In this document: piece by piece, positions 58,101 through 64,000 of the stretch
How the letters are laid out: each line of letters opens with the position of its first letter
How positions within the stretch are numbered: position 1 is the first letter of the stretch
Assembly: GCA_963726295.1 (NCBI GenBank)
Contig: CAVSBW010000009.1
Location: 629 to 64,628 of the forward strand
Length of the DNA stretch: 64,000 bases
From: an uncultured Actinomycetota bacterium
GTDB taxonomy: Bacteria > Actinomycetota > Actinomycetes > Actinomycetales > Dermatophilaceae
Direction of reading: 5' to 3'
Position numbers and translations under genes: made by a program
The notes under the pieces: generated by a model
Seen by the model: the letters and a program-made list of their open reading frames with translations, nothing else
Databases searched by the model: none
What the model was told of the DNA's origin: nothing

Positions 58101-58520
58101 GTTCTCCATCCACAGCCGCTGCTGGTCGTAGGACAGCACCTGACGGGCTCCCAGGGGTCGCGGCCCCAGCGACGGCGGGCGCACGGCGCGGCGCCCCGCG
58201 AGCGAGCGGGCCGACACCGCCGACGCGAGGCCGGCGACGGTCTGGGCCTCGACGTAGTCGGCGACCGGGATGTCGACACCCATCGTGCGGCGGATCTGGG
58301 CGACGACGTGGGGCACTTCGGCGACGTCGCCGAGGTCGAGCAGCCGATCGTGGACGGCGACCTCGTGGCACCCGAGCACCTCCCCCAGGATGCCCACCAC
58401 CGCGTCCTCGTACGGGGACCGTGGTGGCAGCGCTCGGCTCGGCTCCGCCTCACGGGTGTCGGACGCGGCAGCCGGGTGGCTCGTGGGAGGGGTCGTCTGG
58501 GGGCGCGCCATGGGTAGCAC
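55194..58520 (-). CDS. NRPS-like T*-C-A*-T (N-terminal carrier-like domain without Ser; degenerate A domain)
   Basis: 1108-aa ORF. C: LSYDQQRLWM, MHHIVSDAWS. The A-like region lacks A3, A5 and A8, and its A10 reads PRTPWGEYD. C-terminal T: FFELGGFSMLATQL. Confidence 0.8.
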   Translation of the reverse strand: MLPMARPQTTPPTSHPAAASDTREAEPSRALPPRSPYEDAVVGILGEVLGCHEVAVHDRLLDLGDVAEVPHVVAQIRRTMGVDIPVADYVEAQTVAGLASAVSARSLAGRRAVRPPSLGPRPLGARQVLSYDQQRLWMENQLLPGSIYNVHGRRRIRGALDVDVLQESIRAIVGRHETLRTRFPASDTAPLQVVDETAESGALRVVDLGDQENGPSAERAARDILDEELERPFDLESGPLLRCVLIRLADDEHVLGITMHHIVSDAWSIGLFVRELTALYRAGGDPGRAGLDPLVVQYRDYAVWQREWLTGEALELRLRHWREHLEGAPRALALPTAQRRTDALRAEAGQVSTELPLEESAALHALCRDHGVTSFMVLYAAFATLLARWSGQRDIVVGVPVAGRSTTSTDRLIGFFVNLLPLRVDLSDDPPFARLLERVRAAAVDAYAHTEAPMDELVRDLGVERDPRRTPLFEAVLNVVGSPEAEEVSGLAIELMDTPSLFSRYDLNLTAQESGGVLRLTLDFPADRCDEETGRELLRQLRTLVGAATSEPRSRLLDAPVGDALPPAPAGPDAPQAPLAALHGHTGDEDRVAVVDGGGAWSYQWMTEAAGRVLKELAGRAEPGPGTIGVVRRPTAGFVAVLSAVVQAGFDCTVIETDDPALTGPLGLTTVLDPGPVGGVADGTVDIGAVLPARGEPVPRPEPPVGGGGDGAGIGLGFAPQDRVVVLTARPGHVVSAACSAFEAGATLLIPDRAFGTDVGALADWLREHEVSVAHADAPILRALSTHRPPPHLPALRCVVVDHAGDLLPHDVEAVRELAPGCRFVAVYRLAADGRPAAVHEAPAELAVADAPLRVPLGVPRPGAAVELRRESGVRAAVGELGEIWCGGERTGDAGRLLADGTLELTMATAGAVVDDPTQTLSALRDAPGVSDAVVLPLADRSGGTMLVGYVAGPDPESGPAIVQGHVKAHLPDHLVPRQVLVVDALPRTPWGEYDLRALPRPGSEDAQDGGYAAPRTPVERRLAGTIEELLEIERVGVYDSFFELGGFSMLATQLITRVRDGFGVQLAVRDVFESPTVDELAPRIVGAQAEQVGAEDLEELLREVEQA

Positions 58521-58568
58521 GATCCCGGTTCACCGGCGGGAGCTCCTGTCCCCGGTTCGGCGGACGCG

Positions 58569-59270
58569 TCACCCGGCCGATGGTCCGGAGCCCGGCCGGA
58601 AGACATGGCCGGTCGGACCGTCGTCGGGCAGCGACACCAGCCAGAGCACGGTGTCGACGACGCCGGCGCCGCTGACCCTCTTGCCGCGGCGACGCCGAGC
58701 AGCCGGGCGCGAGTCGACCGCGTTGACCAGGACCCCGTGGCCGGCAAGGTCCGTGGCGAGGGCGCGGGTTAGGGCCCGCACCGCGGCTCGCCACGCGCGA
58801 TCCCCGGCGTGGTTCGTCACGGTGACGACCCGTCCGTGGCCGTGGCGGCGCATCAGGGGGGCGAACGCCTGGGCCAGCTGCCAGGTCTGCACCAGCGACG
58901 ACTCGATCCGGCGGCGGACGACGTCGACCGATCCCTGGACGTCCTCGGTGACCACGGCGGTGTGGTGGACCAGGGCGTCGCAGCGACCTAGCTGGCGTTC
59001 GAGGGTCGCCACGAGGCGGGAGAGACCCGTCTGGTCGGTGAGGTCGAGGTGGCGGACGGCGACGCGGTCTGCCAGCTCGCCGAGGTCGTCGAGAGCAGCG
59101 CGGCCGACGTCCGGGGCGCCCGTCGCCATGACCACCCGCATGCCCTGCTCCGCCAGTGCGGCAACGAGCGCCAGGCCGCTCCCGTGCTCACCTCCGGTAA
59201 CGACACCGACGCGGCCACCCATCGCGGCGGACCCGGCCGGGTCGTCGCGGGTACGTTCCGGATGTGTCAT
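58569..59270 (-). CDS. SDR-fold protein with degenerate catalytic residues
   Basis: In-frame part of ORF 58569..59306 from ATG 59270. Rossmann motif: VVTGGEHGSGLA. The YxxxK position reads WRAAV and NNAG reads HHTA. Confidence 0.5.
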   Translation of the reverse strand: MTHPERTRDDPAGSAAMGGRVGVVTGGEHGSGLALVAALAEQGMRVVMATGAPDVGRAALDDLGELADRVAVRHLDLTDQTGLSRLVATLERQLGRCDALVHHTAVVTEDVQGSVDVVRRRIESSLVQTWQLAQAFAPLMRRHGHGRVVTVTNHAGDRAWRAAVRALTRALATDLAGHGVLVNAVDSRPAARRRRGKRVSGAGVVDTVLWLVSLPDDGPTGHVFRPGSGPSAG

Positions 59271-59471
59271 CGTCCCCGGTCCAGGTCGCGCGGCGTGGCC
59301 TGCCACGATGCTCCCCGGGGGTCAGCGGCGGCGAGTCCCCGAATGGGGTCACCGGCCCCTTCCTCCGGATGGTGCCGCAGCCGGCGCGGCGCCCCCTAGC
59401 GACGCCCACGGATGCCCCCGTCACGGGAACCGGTGACAGCACGACTCGCGAAAGGGCGGTCTATGGTCAAA

Positions 59472-59499
59472 AATCATCGCAGGGAAGCAATCATCGCAG
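59472..59499. promoter_or_regulatory. 11-bp direct repeat AATCATCGCAG x2 (17-bp register) in an AT-rich patch upstream of the LuxR-type gene
   Basis: Read directly: 59472..59482 and 59489..59499. The local sequence tatggtcaaaaatcatcgcagggaagcaatcatcgcagtg is unusually AT-rich for this window. Confidence 0.3.
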
Positions 59500-59617
59500 T
59501 GATGCGGGGGGACGAGAGATCGCCCGGCCCTGGTGACGCCTGTCACTGCGCGTATCTGTCCGTCAGTCACTCGAGAGACGACCTCAGGGGTGGGGCTGTG
59601 AATCAGGTGGAAGAACC

Positions 59618-60265
59618 GTGATCCGAACCGACCTACTCATCTCCGCACCATGCTTCCTCATGGGGCTGCGCCGCGTGCTCACCGACTCCGGGATCCGCAT
59701 CGTCGGCGTCCGCACGTCGCTCGCCGAGGAGCCGTCCTGGCTCGCCGACGCCGCCCTCATCGACGCAGACGTCATGCCGGGGCCCGACCTCGCACCGATC
59801 GCCGAGACCGCCCGGACCATGTCGGTCCTCGTGCTCACCAACAAGATCGCCCACAACGAGGACACGTACCTGCGCGCCGGGGCGACCGGCGTGGTGAACA
59901 AGAGCGCGGCCGCCACGGACATCGTCGAGGCGATCCAGCGGTGCACGTCCGCCACGTGCGGCTGCCCGACCCCCGTCTCCGCGAATCCCACCCCGGCGGC
60001 GGTGGACGACCCGGCGCCCGATGCGCTCCCACAGCACCAGCTGTCCGAGCGCGAGTCGCAGGTGCTGCGCCAGATCGCGCACGGCCTCACCCACGGACAG
60101 GTCGCGAACCGACTGGGGATCAGCCCGCACACCGTCGACACCTACGTGAAGCGGATCCGCGCCAAGCTGGGCGTCGGCAACAAGGCCGAGCTCACCCGGG
60201 CCGCCCTCCTCGGGCGGATCGTGCTGGCCCCCGACGCCAACGCCGCGGCAGGCAGCGGCCCGTGA
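59618..60265 (+). CDS. LuxR/NarL-type regulator with an atypical receiver domain
   Basis: 215-aa ORF (GTG start). C-terminal GerE HTH: LSERESQVLRQIAHGLTHGQVANRLGISPHTVDTYVKRIRAKLGV. The receiver-like N-terminus lacks the DD acidic pocket (LLISAPCF). Confidence 0.8.
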   Translation: MIRTDLLISAPCFLMGLRRVLTDSGIRIVGVRTSLAEEPSWLADAALIDADVMPGPDLAPIAETARTMSVLVLTNKIAHNEDTYLRAGATGVVNKSAAATDIVEAIQRCTSATCGCPTPVSANPTPAAVDDPAPDALPQHQLSERESQVLRQIAHGLTHGQVANRLGISPHTVDTYVKRIRAKLGVGNKAELTRAALLGRIVLAPDANAAAGSGP

Positions 60266-60329
60266 GGTCGGCGCCGGCCCTCGGGCCGCCGTCCGGCTCC
60301 CCCGTTCCCGCCGGGTCGCTGGCCACACG

Positions 60330-61511
60330 ATGATCCTCAACCAGCGCGTCCGTGCCACCGCCGACTCGCCCATCGGGGCGACCTTCGAGCTGCTCGAGCA
60401 CTGTCCCGCGGACGTCCTCGACCTCGCCCAGGCAGCGCCCACGTACCCGCCTGCGCCCGAGGTCGTCGAGCGCGTCGTCGCCGTTGCCCGCGGGCCGCAC
60501 GGCGCCGAGTACTGCGATATCGCAGGCCTACCGACCCTCCGCGAGGCCTTCGCCGCCGAGCTCGCGACCGCGTACATCGGTGACGTGCGGCCCGAGCAGG
60601 TCGCCGTCACCGCGGGGTGCAACCAGGCCTTCTGCCTCGCCCTGACCGCCATCGCCGACCCCGGCGACGAGGTCGTCCTCACCCTCCCGTTCTACTTCAA
60701 CCACGACATGTGGCTGCGGATGTCCGGCCTCGTCCCGCGCTACCTCGAACCCGGCCCCGACCTCACCCCCTCCGCGGCCGGCCTCGAGCGGGTCATTACC
60801 GAGCGCACCCGCGCCGTCGTCGTCGTGACGCCAGGGAACCCCACGGGGTTGACGCTGGGCCGCGCCCGCCTGCGCGAGCTGCTGGAGGTGGCCCGTCGCC
60901 ACGGTGTCGCCCTGGTCCTCGACGAGACGTACCGGTCGTTCCGTGACACCGAGGAACCCCCCCACGACCTGTTCGCCGACCCGGAGTGGGCGGACACGCT
61001 CGTCAGCCTGCACAGCTTCTCCAAGGACCTCGCCCTTCCTGGGTACCGCGTCGGCGCCCTCGTCGCGTCCGCCGCCATGCAGTGGCAGGTCGCGAAGGTG
61101 CTCGACTGCGTCGCGATCTGCGCCCCCCGGGTCGGGCAGGAAGCGGCGCTCGCCGGACTGGAGTCGGCCGGGCCCTGGCGCGCGGCCCGCGCCGCCGAGC
61201 TGGCCGAGCGACGCGGCGCCCTGGCTGCTGCCCTGGAGCCACGGCCCGGCGGGTTCGAGCTCCTCGGCCTCGGCGGCTTCTTCGCCTGGGTGCGACACCC
61301 GTTCGGGACCCGGGAGACGGAGGAGGTCTGCCGGGGGCTGGCGGTCGAGCACGGCGTCCTGGTCGTGCCGGGAACGGCCTTCCTTCCCGACGACCGCGCC
61401 ACCGTGCGGGTCAGCGTGAGCAACTTGGCGCCGGCCGATGTCCCCGAGCTCGCCGGACGGCTGGCCGCGGCCGGGGTGGGCTCCGACCTCGCCGGCGCGG
61501 GCCGTCAGTAG
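60330..61511 (+). CDS. PLP-dependent aminotransferase (class I/II)
   Basis: 393-aa ORF. Motifs: TAGCNQAF, VVTPGNPTG, LDETYRSF and SFSKDLALPGYRVG (PLP lysine). Confidence 0.8.
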   Translation: MILNQRVRATADSPIGATFELLEHCPADVLDLAQAAPTYPPAPEVVERVVAVARGPHGAEYCDIAGLPTLREAFAAELATAYIGDVRPEQVAVTAGCNQAFCLALTAIADPGDEVVLTLPFYFNHDMWLRMSGLVPRYLEPGPDLTPSAAGLERVITERTRAVVVVTPGNPTGLTLGRARLRELLEVARRHGVALVLDETYRSFRDTEEPPHDLFADPEWADTLVSLHSFSKDLALPGYRVGALVASAAMQWQVAKVLDCVAICAPRVGQEAALAGLESAGPWRAARAAELAERRGALAAALEPRPGGFELLGLGGFFAWVRHPFGTRETEEVCRGLAVEHGVLVVPGTAFLPDDRATVRVSVSNLAPADVPELAGRLAAAGVGSDLAGAGRQ

Positions 61512-62659
61512 ACGACGCGGTCCTCCGGCGCCCGTCGCCAGGCCCGTGACCCCCGCAGGTTCCCCGTAATGTTGAGGCGCTTGAGCCAGCGGTCCGAGCC
61601 GTCGTAACGGGCGCGGAACGAGGCCCGGCCGTGAACCGCCCGGAAGTTGTCGAGGAACGCGATGTCACCCGGCCGCAGGACCAGGCCCCTCAGGTTGGCC
61701 TCGATCTGACCGCACAGACCGTCGAACGCCTCTCGGGACCGACGCGACCACCCATCGGTCGGCATGTGGTAAGGGTCGAGCGCCGTGTACGGGTCGTGCC
61801 GGTCCCCGAAGAGCACGGGGCGCTTCACCGGGTCGTCGTTCCACGACTGGATGAGCTCGGCGCTGCGGGCGCGGAGCCGGTCGACCGTGGGGTCGCCGGT
61901 GGAGCGGCTCAGGTCGGCCCGGTGGGAGTTGTCCGGCATCTGCGTGAACTCCGGCTCGAAAAGGGCCTCGACGTCGACCCGGGACCAGTCGACGTCGCGG
62001 GTGTCGCAGACGAGCGTCGCGACGTCGTCGGGGTTGCGCAGGCACATCAGTGCGACGTAGTCGCCCCGGCACGGATGGAAGGCATCCTCGGTGTGCCAGG
62101 ACAGGTGCTGGAGGCTGTTCGAGCCGATCTCCTCGTACTCGTGGCCATGGATGGGCAGCACGTCGTGCATGATCCGGCCGTCCTGCTGCGTGGCCCAGCC
62201 GAAGACGTCGCCGAGCACGGATCCGCAGAGGAGGAAGAAGACCTCGCGGGTGAGGACCGGCGAGGAGTACTGGCTGTCCCGCCAGTGCGCGGGTGTCGCA
62301 CCGAGCGCGGCGTCGTCGACATCAAGGCCGGACACGAGGCACACCGCAGCCGGCTCCCGGAGCCGGAAGTCCTCGAGGAACTGCACCAGCCGCGGCGGCA
62401 GTCCGAGCGCGAGCTGCCGCGCGCGGCGGTGCAGCTCTGTGTCCTCGATCGTCTCGAACTCGCGGGCCAGGCGCGCCAGCAACGGGACGAGGGCGCGGTT
62501 GTCCTCGGCCGAGAGGACGAAGCGATACGAGGCAATCGCGGGCGGGGCGACCGCGACCGGGAGCTCCGAGGCATCGAGGAGTCTAGCCACACTCCGAGCA
62601 TGCCGCTCGCGCGTCCGGAGCGTCGGTCCCCCAATGGTGGGACGCCTCCTCCCGGACAC
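61505..62659 (-). CDS. VioC-like clavaminate-synthase-fold Fe(II)/2-oxoglutarate L-arginine (amino acid) beta-hydroxylase
   Basis: 384-aa ORF (start uncertain). LGDVFGWATQQDGRIMHDVLP, WHTEDAF (HxE), FLDNFRAVHGR and RYDGSDRWLKRLNIT match my recollection of VioC/AsnO-type hydroxylases closely. Confidence 0.8.
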   Translation of the reverse strand: MSGRRRPTIGGPTLRTRERHARSVARLLDASELPVAVAPPAIASYRFVLSAEDNRALVPLLARLAREFETIEDTELHRRARQLALGLPPRLVQFLEDFRLREPAAVCLVSGLDVDDAALGATPAHWRDSQYSSPVLTREVFFLLCGSVLGDVFGWATQQDGRIMHDVLPIHGHEYEEIGSNSLQHLSWHTEDAFHPCRGDYVALMCLRNPDDVATLVCDTRDVDWSRVDVEALFEPEFTQMPDNSHRADLSRSTGDPTVDRLRARSAELIQSWNDDPVKRPVLFGDRHDPYTALDPYHMPTDGWSRRSREAFDGLCGQIEANLRGLVLRPGDIAFLDNFRAVHGRASFRARYDGSDRWLKRLNITGNLRGSRAWRRAPEDRVVY

Positions 62660-62881
62660 CGCGACCTACGGTCGGCGTACCTGCCACCGCCGTCCGGACC
62701 GACGGCCGAGAGCGACCGCACGCGACGCACCCTCCGGTGCCCCGGGCCACGCCACGGACCCGGACGAGGCCCCGGTGACGCCGGACCGGTCCCCCTTAGC
62801 GGGGACGGTCGCCCCGGGACGTCCCGCCATAGTGTCGCGGCACGCCCTCCCCGACCCCGTGGCCCTCGATCGCCCGGAAGG

Positions 62882-64000
62882 ATGCCAGTGATGAGCCTGA
62901 TGCAGGTCTCCAACCTCACGACTATGGAGGTCGACGCGCTGACCGACCTCGACGGCAGCCTCAACCTCACCGACGGGCACGCCCGGCTCCACCTCACGGA
63001 GGAGCAGGCCGCAATCGTCGCGAACATCCCGGAGATGTTCGGCGTCGCCTCGACGCGGCCCTTCCCCGCCATCGAGTCCGAGGCCCACGCAGCGTTCCTC
63101 TACGCCGTCGGCCAGCACAGCGCGCCGGTCGGCACCGGGCGGATCCTCAGCTGCTACTCCTCGACCCTCGCGACGGACATCGTCGCCCGTGCCCTGCCGG
63201 CGGGCGCCCGGGTCGCCGTCCTCCACCCGACCTTCGACAACATCGCCGACCTGCTGGTCACCCGCGGCCTGTCCCTCGAGCCGTTCTCCGAGGAGGCCCT
63301 CCTCGCCATGGACTGGCCCGGTCCGCCGGTGAGCGTCATCGTCGTCACGCACCCGAACAACCCGACCGGGCTGGTCACCCCGGAGCACCACCTGCGCTCC
63401 CTCGCCGAGCACGCGGCACGCAACGGGCAGACCATCATCATCGACGCGAGCTTCCGCGGCCAGGTCCGCGCCGCCCAGTACGACACGTACGCCGTGCTCG
63501 AGCGTGCGGGTGCAGACTGGATCGTCATCGAGGACACCGGCAAGCTCTGGCCGACGCACGAGCTGAAGATCGGGCTGCTCGCGCACAGCCCGCGGACGCA
63601 GCTGCCGATCGGCCGGGCCTTCTCCGAGTCGCTGCTCGCCGCCTCCCCCGTCGTCCTCCAGCTCGTCAACCGCCTCGCCGAGGACTGGGCCGACGGTGGC
63701 TACGAGCGCTCTCGCGACCTCATCGACGGCAACCGGACCGTGGTGCGGGAGGCGGTCGAGTCGGTGGGCCTGCGGCTCGCGGACCCCGACTCGCAGATCA
63801 GCGTGGCCCGGATCGACCTCGGGGACTCCGGGCCGGAGTCCGGGCTCCTCTACAAGGAGCTGCTCAAACGGGGTGTCCACGTGCTCCCCTGCGCACCCTT
63901 CCACTGGGCTGACCCGGCCGGCGGGGAGCGCTTCATCCGGCTCTCGCTCGCCCGGCCGCACGAGGTCGTCTCCGCCGCCGCCCGGACCCTGGCCGCCGCG
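62882..64000 (+). CDS. PLP-dependent aminotransferase-fold enzyme (3' end beyond window)
   Basis: My own translation from ATG 62882 is open to 64000: MPVMSLMQVSNLTTMEVDALTDLDGSLNLTDGH...VTHPNNPTGL...IIIDASFRG...VIEDTGKLWPTHELKIG...RFIRLSLARP. It is absent from the ORF track because no stop lies in the window. Confidence 0.6.
   Translation, partial: MPVMSLMQVSNLTTMEVDALTDLDGSLNLTDGHARLHLTEEQAAIVANIPEMFGVASTRPFPAIESEAHAAFLYAVGQHSAPVGTGRILSCYSSTLATDIVARALPAGARVAVLHPTFDNIADLLVTRGLSLEPFSEEALLAMDWPGPPVSVIVVTHPNNPTGLVTPEHHLRSLAEHAARNGQTIIIDASFRGQVRAAQYDTYAVLERAGADWIVIEDTGKLWPTHELKIGLLAHSPRTQLPIGRAFSESLLAASPVVLQLVNRLAEDWADGGYERSRDLIDGNRTVVREAVESVGLRLADPDSQISVARIDLGDSGPESGLLYKELLKRGVHVLPCAPFHWADPAGGERFIRLSLARPHEVVSAAARTLAAA

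Overview
High-GC, actinobacterial-type DNA in three parts. (1) 1-7.0 kb is a minus-strand Tad/Flp pilus operon: lipoprotein, secreted protein, CpaB-like, TadZ-like, TadA/CpaF, TadB, TadC, Flp-like pilin and a TadE-like gene cut by the window edge. (2) 7.0-12.6 kb holds an XRE regulator and four proteins I cannot assign. I saw no integrase, transposase, tRNA, rRNA or CRISPR anywhere in the window. (3) 12.6 kb to the right edge (>51 kb, still open at 64000) is one dense nonribosomal-peptide (NRPS) cluster. It has seven NRPS proteins, a free adenylation (A) enzyme, two free carrier proteins, MbtH, a P450, two MFS exporters, two methyltransferase functions, a luciferase-like monooxygenase with its flavin reductase, three PLP enzymes, a VioC-like arginine hydroxylase and a LuxR regulator. 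Several things deserve a second look. (a) A SyrB1/SyrB2/SyrC-like on-carrier halogenation and aminoacyl-shuttle cassette, with two Cys-nucleophile transferases, is matched by two modules that cannot load themselves (C-T-MT, and T*-C-A*-T with a dead A domain). (b) A six-gene coupled operon combines an A-T-TE loader, a SyrB2 paralogue with HxV instead of HxA, a heme-oxygenase-like diiron enzyme, a membrane desaturase-like protein, a PhzF-like protein and a Cys-thioesterase. I do not recognise this combination from any characterised pathway. (c) A 3,276-bp tandem module duplication inside the bimodular NRPS contains a ~1.97-kb apparently identical A-T segment with extreme C>>G strand skew. All functional calls rest on motifs read by eye and on recalled family knowledge. 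No database search was run.
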